A stretch of DNA of 64,000 nucleotides, taken from NCBI RefSeq assembly GCF_009914755.1, contig NC_060940.1. One strand, 5' to 3'. The translations under genes were made by a program, and so were the position numbers. The notes beneath the pieces are model-generated. The model saw only the letters and a list, made by a program, of their open reading frames with translations, made no database searches and was not told the origin of the DNA. This document shows positions 14,701 through 28,300 of this stretch, piece after piece. The stretch is from the human T2T-CHM13v2.0 reference genome, Homo sapiens. Position 1 is the stretch's first letter. Every line of letters starts with the position of its first letter.

Positions 14701-14957
14701 GTCCATTTTAGGATTTGATTCGAGTCCTTTCGATGATTCCATTCGATTCCACTCGATGATGATTTCATTCGAGTCCATTCGACACTTCCAATCGATTCCA
14801 TTTGATGATTCCATTCGAGTCCAATTGATGATTCCATTCAATTCCATTCGATGATGATTCCGTACGATTCCATTCTGTGATGATTCCATGTGATTGCATT
14901 CAATGATGATTCATTTCGATTGCATTCGATTATGATTCATTTCGTGTTCATTCTATG
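11732..14957 (+). repeat. Truncated HOR unit of 3,226 bp (2,886 bp missing)
   Basis: Marker spacing 11732->14958. Junction at 12223-12239 joins canonical positions 19799 and 22685. Confidence 0.88.
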
Positions 14958-17900
14958 GTTCCACAGGTTTCCATTCGTGTCCATTCCATTATTCCATTCT
15001 ATTCCATTTGATGATGATTCCATTCGATTCCATTCATTGGTGATTCCACTCAATTCCATTCAATGATTCCATTCCATTTCTTTCAACAATGATTCCATTA
15101 GTTTCTAATCGATGATCCACTTGATTCCATTTGACGACGATTCCATTCTTGTCCATTCGATGATTCCATTTGATTCCATATGATGATGATTCCATTCGAT
15201 TCCATACCATGATGATTCCATTCGAGTCCATTCAATGGTGATTCCATTCAATTCCATTCGATGATTCCTTTTGATTCCATTCGATGATGATGGCATTCGA
15301 TTCCTTTCAATCATTCCCTTTGATTCCATTCAAAGGTGATTTCATTCAAGTCCATTCGATAATTGCATTCGATTCCATTCTATGATGATTCCATTCGAGT
15401 CCATTTGATGATTCCATTCAATTCAAGTCAATGATGATTCCATTCGATTCCATTCGATGATTCCATTGGATTCCATTCGATGATGATTCCATTCAAATCC
15501 ATTCGATAATTCAATTCAAGTCCATTCGATGATGATTCCAATCGAATCCATTCAAAGATTCCATTCAGTTCCATTCGATGATTCCCTTAGATTCCATTCG
15601 ATGATTCCACTTGATTGCATTTACGATGATTCCATTCGATTCCATGTGATGATTCCATTCAATTCTATTCAATGATGTCTCCATTTGATTCCATTCGACC
15701 ATGATTGCCTTTGATTCCATTCAATGATTCCATTCGGTTCCGTTTGATGATGATTCCGTTCGATTCCATTTGATGATTCCATTTGATTCCATTGGATGAG
15801 TCCATTCGATTACATTCGATGATTATTCCATTCGAGTGCATTAGATGATTCCATTCGAGTCCATTCGATGATTCCATTCGATTCCATTCGATGTTGATTC
15901 TGTTCAAATCCATTCGATGATTCCACTCGATTCCATTCGTTGACTCCATTTGATCCCATTCGATGATTTCCTTTGATTCCCTTTGATGATCATTCCATTT
16001 GATTCAATTCGGTGATTTCATTTGATTCCATTCAGTGATGTTTCCATTCGACTCCATTCGATGATGATTCCATTCGACTCCATTCGATTATGATTTCATT
16101 CAATTCCATTCGATAATGATTCCCTTCGAGTCCATTCGATGATTCCATTCGATTCCATTCAACGATGATTTGATTCGTGTCCATTCGATGATTCCATTTG
16201 ATTCCACTTGATGATGATTCCATTCGAGTCCATTTGATGATTCCATTCAATTCCATACTCCGATGATTTCTTTTGAGCCCACTCAATGCTTCCACTCGAT
16301 TCCATATGATGATGACTCCATTCGATGAAATTCGATGATGATTCCATTCGCTTGCTTTCGATGATGATTCCACTTGAGTCCGTTAGAAGATTCTATTCAA
16401 TTACATTCCATGACGATTCCGTTCGAGTCCATTTGATGATTCCATTAGACTCCATTCGACGATGATTCCATTCGATGTTATTCGATGATTCCATTCGATC
16501 TCATTCGATGATGATTCCATTCAACTCCATTCGATGTTTCCATTCGAGTTCATTCTATTATTCCATTAGATTCAATTCGATGATGATTCCATTCGATTCC
16601 ATTTGATGATTGCATTCTATTTCATTTGATGATGATTCCATTCGAGTGCACTCGATGATTCCATTCGAGTCCATTTAATGAATCAATTGGTTTCAATTCT
16701 ATGATGATTACATTGGATTCCATTCGTTGATGATTTCATTCGGTTCCATTCAATGATGATTCCATTCAATTCCTTTCAATGTTTCCATTCAATTCCATAC
16801 GATGATGATTCCATTTGATTTGATTCAACAGTGAGCCATTCGATTCAATTCCATGATGATCCTATTTGATTCAATTGGTGGACATTTCCATTCGATTCCA
16901 TTCGATGATGATTCCCTTTGATTCCATTCAAAGATGATTCCTTTCTAGCCCATTAAATCATTCCATTCGATTCTATTCAATGATGATTCCATTCATGTCG
17001 ATTTGGTGATTCCATTTGACTTCATTTGATGATGATTCCTTTCAAGTTCATTAGATGATTCCATTCGATTCCATTTGATGATGATCCCATTCGAGTCCAT
17101 TCAGTGATTCCACTCGTTTCCATTCCATGATGATTCCATTCCATTCCATTCAATGATTCCATTCGATTCCGTTGGATGATGATTTCATTCGAGTCCATTT
17201 GATGATTCCATTTGATTCCATTCGATGATGATTCCATTCGAGTCCATTCGATGATTCTATTCGAATCCATTTGATGATTTCTTTTGATTATAGTTGGTGA
17301 TGATTCCATTGGAGTCCATTCAATGATTCCATTCGATTCCAATCGATGGTGATTCCATTAGAGTCCATTTAATGATTCCATTTGATTCCAGTCTCTGATG
17401 ATTACATTCGAGTCCATACGATGATTCCACTCAATTCCATATGATGATGATTCCATTCTATTCCATTCGATGATTCCATTCTATTCTATTCGATAATGAT
17501 TCCATTCGAGTCCATTCGATGATTCCATTCGAGTCCATTTAATGATTCCATTGCGTTCAATTCAATGATGATTACATTGGATTCCGTTCTATGATTCCAT
17601 TCAATTCCGTTCATTGACAATTTGATTCCATTCGATGATGATTCCATTTGAGTTCATTCGATGATTCTATTCGATTCTCTTCGATGGTGATTCAATTCTA
17701 TTATATTGGATGATTCCATTCGATTCCATTTGATGTTGATTCAATTCGATTCTATTCGATGATGATTCCATTGGATTTCACTTGATGATTCTATTCGATT
17801 CCATTCAATGATGATTCACTTCTCGTCCATTGGATGATTCCATTTCATTCCATTCGATGATGATTCCATTCGATTCCATTCGATGATTCCATTTGATTCC

Positions 17901-19307
17901 ATGCGACGGTGAGCAATTCGATTCAATTCCATGATGATTCTATTTGATTCAATTAGATGATGTTTCCATTCGAATCCATTCCATGATTATTCCATTGGAA
18001 TCCATTCGGCGATGATTCCATATGAGTCAATTCAATGATGATTCCATATGGGTCCGTTCGATGATAATTCCATTTGATTTCATTCGATGCTTCTATTCTA
18101 TTCCAGTCGATGATGATTCCGTTGGAGTCCATACGATGATTCCATTTGATTTCATTTGATGATGATTCCATTCGATGATGATTACATTGGATTCCATTCT
18201 ATGATTCCATTCAATTCCATTCGTTGATGATTCGATTCCATTCAATGATGATTCCATTTGAGTTCATTCGATGATTCTATTCGATTCCGTTCGATGGTGA
18301 TTCAATTCTATTATATTGGATGATTCCACTCGATTCCATTTGATGATTATTCCATTGGAGTCCACTTAGTGAATCCTTTAGATTCTACTCGACGATGATT
18401 CCATTCGAGTCCATTCGATGATACCATTCAATTCCATTCGTTGATGCTTCCATTCAAGTGCATTCGATGATATCATTCGATTCCATTTGATGATAATTCC
18501 ATTTGATTCCATGCGATGATTCTATTCGATTCCATTCAATGATAATTCCATTCAATTCAGTGATTCCTCTGGACTCCATTTGATGATGATTCCATTCAAT
18601 GATTCCATTCGATTCTATTCGAAAATGATTCCATTTGAATCCATTTGATGATGATTCCATTAGATTCCATTTGATGATTCCATTCGATTCCATTCGACGA
18701 TGATTCCATTCGATTCCATTTGATGATTCCATTCTATTCTATTCGATGATGATTCCATTCGATCCCATTCGATGATGATTGGATTCGATTCCATTTGATG
18801 ATTTCATTTGATTCCATTCGTTAATGATTTCGATCAATTCCATTCGATGATTCCATTCGATTCCATTCGATAATGATTACATCCGAGTCCATTCGATGAT
18901 TCCCTTTGAGCCTGTTCGATAATTCCATTTGAGTCCAACCAATGATTCCATTCATTTCCATTCAATGATTCCATTCGAGTCCATTTGATCATTCCGGTAG
19001 GGTCCATTCGATGTTGATTCCATTGGAGTGCATTCGATGATTCCATTCGAGTCCATTTTAGGATTTGATTCGAGTCCTTTCGATGATTCCATTCGATTCC
19101 ACTCGATGATGATTTCATTCGAGTCCATTCGACACTTCCAATCGATTCCATTTGATGATTCCATTCGATTCCAATTGATGATTCCATTCAATTCCATTCG
19201 ATGATGATTCCGTACGATTCCATTCTGTGATGATTCCATGTGATTGCATTCAATGATGATTCCTTTCGATTGCATTCGATTATGATTCATTTCGTGTTCA
19301 TTCTATG
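14958..19307 (+). repeat. Truncated HOR unit of 4,350 bp (1,762 bp missing)
   Basis: Marker spacing 14958->19308. Junction at ~17481-17495 joins canonical positions ~21831 and ~23593. Confidence 0.87.
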
Positions 19308-22300
19308 GTTCCACAGGTTTCCATTCGTGTCCATTCCATTATTCCATTCTATTCCATTTGATGATGATTCCATTCGATTCCATTCATTGGTGATTCCACT
19401 CAATTCCATTCAATGATTCCATTCCATTTCTTTCAACAATGATTCCATTAGTTTCTAATCGATGATCCACTTGATTCCATTTGACGACGATTCCATTCTT
19501 GTCCATTCGATGATTCCATTTGATTCCATATGATGATGATTCCATTCGATTCCATACCATGATGATTCCATTCGAGTCCATTCAATGGTGATTCCATTCA
19601 ATTCCATTCGATGATTCCTTTTGATTCCATTCGATGATGATGGCATTCGATTCCTTTCAATCATTCCCTTTGATTCCATTCAAAGGTGATTTCATTCAAG
19701 TCCATTCGATAATTGCATTCGATTCCATTCTATGATGATTCCATTCGAGTCCATTTGATGATTCCATTCAATTCAAGTCAATGATGATTCCATTCGATTC
19801 CATTCGATGATTCCATTGGATTCCATTCGATGATGATTCCATTCAAATCCATTCGATAATTCAATTCAAGTCCATTCGATGATGATTCCAATCGAATCCA
19901 TTCAAAGATTCCATTCAGTTCCATTCGATGATTCCCTTAGATTCCATTCGATGATTCCACTTGATTGCATTTACGATGATTCCATTCGATTCCATGTGAT
20001 GATTCCATTCAATTCTATTCAATGATGTCTCCATTTGATTCCATTCGACCATGATTGCCTTTGATTCCATTCAATGATTCCATTCGGTTCCGTTTGATGA
20101 TGATTCCGTTCGATTCCATTTGATGATTCCATTTGATTCCATTGGATGAGTCCATTCGATTACATTCGATGATTATTCCATTCGAGTGCATTAGATGATT
20201 CCATTCGAGTCCATTCGATGATTCCATTCGATTCCATTCGATGTTGATTCTGTTCAAATCCATTCGATGATTCCACTCGATTCCATTCGTTGACTCCATT
20301 TGATCCCATTCGATGATTTCCTTTGATTCCCTTTGATGATCATTCCATTTGATTCAATTCGGTGATTTCATTTGATTCCATTCAGTGATGTTTCCATTCG
20401 ACTCCATTCGATGATGATTCCATTCGACTCCATTCGATTATGATTTCATTCAATTCCATTCGATAATGATTCCCTTCGAGTCCATTCGATGATTCCATTC
20501 GATTCCATTCAACGATGATTTGATTCGTGTCCATTCGATGATTCCATTTGATTCCACTTGATGATGATTCCATTCGAGTCCATTTGATGATTCCATTCAA
20601 TTCCATACTCCGATGATTTCTTTTGAGCCCACTCAATGCTTCCACTCGATTCCATATGATGATGACTCCATTCGATGAAATTCGATGATGACTCCATTCG
20701 CTTGCTTTCGATGATGATTCCACTTGAGTCCGTTAGAAGATTCTATTCAATTACATTCCATGACGATTCCGTTCGAGTCCATTTGATGATTCCATTAGAC
20801 TCCATTCGACGATGATTCCATTCGATGTTATTCGATGATTCCATTCGATCTCATTCGATGATGATTCCATTCAACTCCATTCGATGTTTCCATTCGAGTT
20901 CATTCTATTATTCCATTAGATTCCATTCGATGATGATTCCATTCGATTCCATTTGATGATTGCATTCTATTTCATTTGATGATGATTCCATTCGAGTCCA
21001 CTCGATGATTCCATTCGAGTCCATTTAATGAATCCATTGGTTTCAATTCTATGATGATTACATTGGATTCCATTCGTTGATGATTTCATTCGGTTCCATT
21101 CAATGATGATTCCATTCAATTCCTTTCAATGTTTCCATTCAATTCCATACGATGATGATTCCATTTGATTTGATTCGACAGTGAGACATTCGATTCAATT
21201 CCATGACGATTCTATTTGATTCAATTGGTTGACATTTCCATTCGATTCCATTCGATGATGATTCCCTTTGATTCCGTTCAAAGATGATTCCATTCTAGCC
21301 CATTCAATCATTCCATTCGATTCTATTCAATGATGATTCCATTCATGTCGATTTGGTGATTCCATTTGACTTCATTTGATGATGATTCCTTTCAAGTTCA
21401 TTAGATGATTCCATTCGATTCCATTTGATGATGATCCCATTCGAGTCCATTCAGTGATTCCATTCGTTTCCATTCCATGATGATTCCATTCCTTTCCATT
21501 CAATGATTCCATTCGATTCCGTTTGATGATGATTTCATTCGAGTCCATTTGATGATTCCATTTGATTCCATTCGATGATGATTCCATTCGAGTCCATTCG
21601 ATGATTCTATTCGAATCCATTTGATGATTTCTTTTGATTATATTTGGTGATGATTCCATTGGAGTCCATTCAATGATTCCATTCTATTCCAATCGATGAT
21701 GATTCCATTAGAGTCCATTTAATGATTCCATTTGATTCCAGTCTCTGATGATTACATTCGAGTCCATACGATGATTCCACTCAATTCCATATGATGATGA
21801 TTCCATTTGATTCCATTCGGTGATTCCGTTCTATTCTATTCAATGGTGATTCCATTCGAGTACATTAGATGATTCCATTCGATTCCATTCAATGATGATT
21901 CTATTTGTGTCCCTTAGATGATTCCACATGATTCCATTAGATGATGATACTATTTGAGCCCATCCAATGATTCCCTTCGATTCCATTCGATGAGGATTCC
22001 ATTCGATTCAATTCATTGGTGATTCTATTCAATTCAATTCTTTGATTCCATTCCATTCCATTCGACAATGATTCCATTCGATTTCTTTCGATGATTCCAC
22101 TCGATTCCACTTGACATTGATTCCATTCGATTCCATTCAATGATTCCATTTGATTCCAGTGGATGATGATTGCCATCGATTCCATTCGATCACTCCATTC
22201 TATTCCATTTGATGATGATTACATTCGATTCCATTTGATGATTCCATCTGATTCTATTCGAGGATTCCATTTGATTCCATTCGATGATGATTCCATTCGA

Positions 22301-25300
22301 GTCCATTCGATGATTTCATTCGAGTACATCCAATGATTCCATTCGAGTCCATTAGATGATTCCATTTGATTCCATTTGAAAATGATTCTACTAGAGTCCA
22401 TTCAATGACTCCATTCGAGTCCATTCAACAATTCCATTCGACTCCATTCGATGATTCCATTCGATTCCATTTGATGGTTCCATTCGAGTCCATTTAATCA
22501 TTACAGTCGAGTCCGTTTGGTGATTCCACTGGATTTCTTTTGATAATGATACCATTCAATTACATTTGATGATGATCCCATTCAATTTCATTTGATGATG
22601 ATTCCATTAGAGTCCATTCGATGATTTCATTCGAGTCCCTTCATTGATTCCATCCGATTTCATTGGATGATGACTCCATTCGAGTCCATTCGATGATTCC
22701 ACTCGATTCCATTAGATGACTCCATTGGAGTCCATTTGATTGTTCCATTCGATTCCATTCGATTCCTTTCGAAGATTATTCCATTTGAGTCCATTCGATG
22801 ATGATTCCATTCCATTCCATTCGATGATTCCGTTTGATTCCATTCGATGATTCCCTTCGATTCCTTTCTTTGATGATTCCATTCCATTCCATTCAATGAT
22901 TCCATTCGAATCTATTGCATGATGATTCCTTTCGATTCCATTCGCTGATGTTTCCATTCAATTCCATTCGATGATGATTCCATTCGATTCCATTCATTGA
23001 GGATTCCATTTGATTCCATTCAATGATGATTCCATTCTATTCCATTCAATGATTGCATTCAATTCCATTCAATGATTATCCCATTAGAGTAAACTCAACG
23101 ATTCCATTCAATACCATTCGATGATGATTCCTTTTGAGTCCATTCAATGATTTCATTCAAGTCCATTTGATGATTCCTTTCAATTCCATTCTATGATGAT
23201 TCCATTCGAGTCCATTCGATGATTCCATTCGATTGCATTCGATGATTCCATTATATTCCATTCAACGGTGATTCCATTCGAGTCCATTCCATGATTCCAT
23301 TAGAGTACATTTAATGATTGCTTTGTTTTCAATTCGAAGATGATTACATTGGATTCCATTCTATGATACCATTCGATTCCATTCAATGATGATTCCACTC
23401 AAATCCATTGGATGATTCCATTCGTGTCCATTCGGTGATTTCATTAGATTCCATTCGAGGATGATTCCATTCGATTCCATTCGATGATTCCATTCAATTC
23501 CATTCGATGATGATTCCATTCCAGTCCATATGATCATTCCATTTGATTTCATTCGATGATGATTCCATTCGATTCGATTCGACGATTCCATTCTATTCCA
23601 TTCGATGATGATTCCATTCGAGTCCATTCGATGATTCCATTCGAGTCCATTTAATGATTCCATTGGGTTCAATTTAATGATGATTACATTGGATTCCGTT
23701 CTATGATTCCATTCAATTCCGTTCATTGACAATTTGATTCCATTCGATGATGATTCCATTTGAGTTCATTCGATGATTCTATTCGATTCTCTTCGATGGT
23801 GATTCAATTCTATTATATTGGATGATTCCATTCGATTCCATTTGATGTTGATTCAATTCGATTCTATTCGATGATGATTCCATTGGATTTCACTTGATGA
23901 TTCTATTCGATTCCATTCAATGATGATTCACTTCTCGTCCATTGGATGATTCCATTTCATTCCATTCGATGATGATTCCATTCGATTCCATTCGATGATT
24001 CCATTTGATTCCATTCGACGGTGACCAATTCGATTCAATTCCATGATGATTCTATTTGGTTCAATTAGATGATGTTTCCATTCGAATCCATTCCATGATT
24101 ATTCCATTGGAATCCATTCGGCGATGATTCCATATGAGTCAATTCAATGATGATTCCATATGGGTCCGTTTGATGATAATTCCATTTGATTTCATTCGAT
24201 GCTTCTATTCTATTCCAGTCGATGATGATTCCGTTGGAGTCCATACGATGATTCCATTTGATTTCATTTGATGATGGTTCCATTCGATGATGATTACATT
24301 GGATTCCATTCTATGATTCCATTCAATTCCATTCGTTGATGATTCGATTCCATTCAATGATGATTCCATTTGAGTTCATTCGATGATTCTATTCGATTCC
24401 GTTCGATGGTGATTCAATTCTATTATATTGGATGATTCCACTCGATTCCATTTGATGATTATTCCATTGGAGTCCACTTAGTGAATCCTTTAGATTCTAC
24501 TCGACGATGATTCCATTCGAGTCCATTCGATGATACCATTCAATTCCATTCGTTGATGCTTCCATTCAAGTGCATTCGATGATATCATTCGATTCCATTT
24601 GATGATAATTCCATTTGATTCCGTGCGATGATTCTATTCGATTCCATTCAATGATAATTCCATTCAATTCAGTGATTCCTCTGGACTCCATTTGATGATG
24701 ATTCCATTCAATGATTCCATTCGATTCTATTCGAAAATGATTCCATTTGAATCCATTTGATGATGATTCCATTAGATTCCATTTGATGATTCCATTCGAT
24801 TCCATTCGACGATGATTCCATTCGATTCCGTTTGATGATTCCATTCTATTCTATTCGATGATGATTCCATTCGATTCCATTCGATGATGATTGGATTCGA
24901 TTCCATTTGATGATTTCATTTGATTCCATTCGTTAATGATTTCGATCAATTCCATTCGATGATTCCATTCGATTCCATTTGATAATGATTACATCCGAGT
25001 CCATTCGATGATTCCCTTTGAGCCTGTTCGATAATTCCATTTGAGTCCAACCAATGATTCCATTCATTTCCATTCAATGATTCCATTCGAGTCCATTTGA
25101 TCATTCCGGTAGGGTCCATTCGATGTTGATTCCATTGGAGTGCATTCGATGATTCCATTCGAGTCCATTTTAGGATTTGATTCGAGTCCTTTCGATGATT
25201 CCATTCGATTCCACTCGATGATGATTTCATTCGAGTCCATTCGACACTTCCAATCGATTCCATTTGATGATTCCATTCGAGTCCAATTGATGATTCCATT

Positions 25301-28300
25301 CAATTCCATTCGATGATGATTCCGTACGATTCCATTCTGTGATGATTCCATGTGATTGCATTCAATGATGATTCCTTTCGATTGTATTCGATTATGATTC
25401 ATTTCGTGTTCATTCTATGGTTCCACAGGTTTCCATTCGTGTCCATTCCATTATTCCATTCTATTCCATTTGATGATGATTCCATTCGATTCCATTCATT
25501 GGTGATTCCACTCAATTCCATTCAATGATTCCATTCCATTTCTTTCAACAATGATTCCATTAGTTTCTAATCGATGATCCACTTGATTCCATTTGATGAC
25601 GATTCCATTCTTGTCCATTCGATGATTCCATTTGATTCCATATGATGATGATTCCATTCGATTCCATACCATGATGATTCCATTCGAGTCCATTCAATGG
25701 TGATTCCATTCAATTCCATTCGATGATTCCTTTTGATTCCATTCGATGATGATGGCATTCGATTCCTTTCAATCATTCCCTTTGATTCCATTCAAAGGTG
25801 ATTTCATTCAAGTCCATTCGATAATTGCATTCGATTCCATTCTATGATGATTCCATTCGAGTCCATTTGATGATTCCATTCAATTCAAGTCAATGATGAT
25901 TCCATTCGATTCCATTCGATGATTCCATTGGATTCCATTCGATGATGATTCCATTCAAATCCATTCGATAATTCAATTCAAGTCCATTCGATGATGATTC
26001 CAATCGAATCCATTCAAAGATTCCATTCAGTTCCATTCGATGATTCCCTTAGATTCCATTCGATGATTCCACTTGATTGCATTTACGATGATTCCATTCG
26101 ATTCCATGTGATGATTCCATTCAATTCTATTCAATGATGTCTCCATTTGATTCCATTCGACCATGATTGCCTTTGATTCCATTCAATGATTCCATTCGGT
26201 TCCGTTTGATGATGATTCCGTTCGATTCCATTTGATGATTCCATTTGATTCCATTGGATGAGTCCATTCGATTACATTCGATGATTATTCCATTCGAGTG
26301 CATTAGATGATTCCATTCGAGTCCATTCGATGATTCCATTCGATTCCATTCGATGTTGATTCTGTTCAAATCCATTCGATGATTCCACTTGATTCCATTC
26401 GTTGACTCCATTTGATCCCATTCGATGATTTCCTTTGATTCCCTTTGATGATCATTCCATTTGATTCAATTCGGTGATTTCATTTGATTCCATTCAGTGA
26501 TGTTTCCATTCGACTCCATTCGATGATGATTCCATTCGACTCCATTCGATTATGATTTCATTCAATTCCATTCGATAATGATTCCCTTCGAGTCCATTCG
26601 ATGATTCCATTCGATTCCATTCAACGATGATTTGATTCGTGTCCATTCGATGATTCCATTTGATTCCACTTGATGATGATTCCATTCGAGTCCATTTGAT
26701 GATTCCATTCAATTCCATACTCCGATGATTTCTTTTGAGCCCACTCAATGCTTCCACTCGATTCCATATGATGATGACTCCATTCGATGAAATTCGATGA
26801 TGATTCCATTCGCTTGCTTTCGATGATGATTCCACTTGAGTCCGTTAGAAGATTCTATTCAATTACATTCCATGACGATTCCGTTCGAGTCCATTTGATG
26901 ATTCCATTAGACTCCATTCGACGATGATTCCATTCGATGTTATTCGATGATTCCATTCGATCTCATTCGATGATGATTCCATTCAACTCCATTCGATGTT
27001 TCCATTCGAGTTCATTCTATTATTCCATTAGATTCCATTCGATGATGATTCCATTCGATTCCATTTGATGATTGCATTCTATTTCATTTGATGATGATTC
27101 CATTCGAGTCCACTCGATGATTCCATTCGAGTCCATTTAATGAATCCATTGGTTTCAATTCTATGATGATTACATTGGATTCCATTCGTTGATGATTTCA
27201 TTCGGTTCCATTCAATGATGATTCCATTCAATTCCTTTCAATGTTTCCATTCAATTCCATACGATGATGATTCCATTTGATTTGATTCGACAGTGAGCCA
27301 TTCGATTCAATTCCATGACGATTCTATTTGATTCAATTGGTTGACATTTCCATTCGATTCCATTCGATGATGATTCCCTTTGATTCCGTTCAAAGATGAT
27401 TCCATTCTAGCCCATTCAATCATTCCATTCGATTCTATTCAATGATGATTCCATTCATGTCGATTTGGTGATTCCATTTGACTTCATTTGATGATGATTC
27501 CTTTCAAGTTCATTAGATGATTCCATTCGATTCCATTTGATGATGATCCCATTCGAGTCCATTCAGTGATTCCATTCGTTTCCATTCCATGATGATTCCA
27601 TTCCTTTCCATTCAATGATTCCATTCGATTCCGTTTGATGATGATTTCATTCGAGTCCATTTGATGATTCCATTTGATTCCATTCGATGATGATTCCATT
27701 CGAGTCCATTCGATGATTCTATTCGAATCCATTTGATGATTTCCTTTAATTATATTTGGTGATGATTCCATTGGAGTCCATTCAATGATTCCATTCTATT
27801 CCAATCGATGATGATTCCATTAGAGTCCATTTAATGATTCCATTTGATTCCAGTCTCTGATGATTACATTCGAGTCCATACGATGATTCCACTCAATTCC
27901 ATATGATGATGATTCCATTTGATTCCATTCGGTGATTCCGTTCTATTCTATTCAATGGTGATTCCATTCGAGTACATTAGATGATTCCATTCGATTCCAT
28001 TCAATGATGATTCTATTTGTGTCCCTTAGATGATTCCGCATGATTCCATTAGATGATGATACTATTTGAGCCCATCCAATGATTCCCTTCGATTCCATTC
28101 GATGAGGATTCCATTCGATTCAATTCATTGGTGATTCTATTCAATTCAATTCTTTGATTCCATTCCATTCCATTCGACAATGATTCCATTCGATTTCTTT
28201 CGATGATTCCACTCGATTCCACTTGACATTGATTCCATTCGATTCCATTCAATGATTCCGTTTGATTCCAGTGGATGATGATTGCCATCGATTCCATTCG

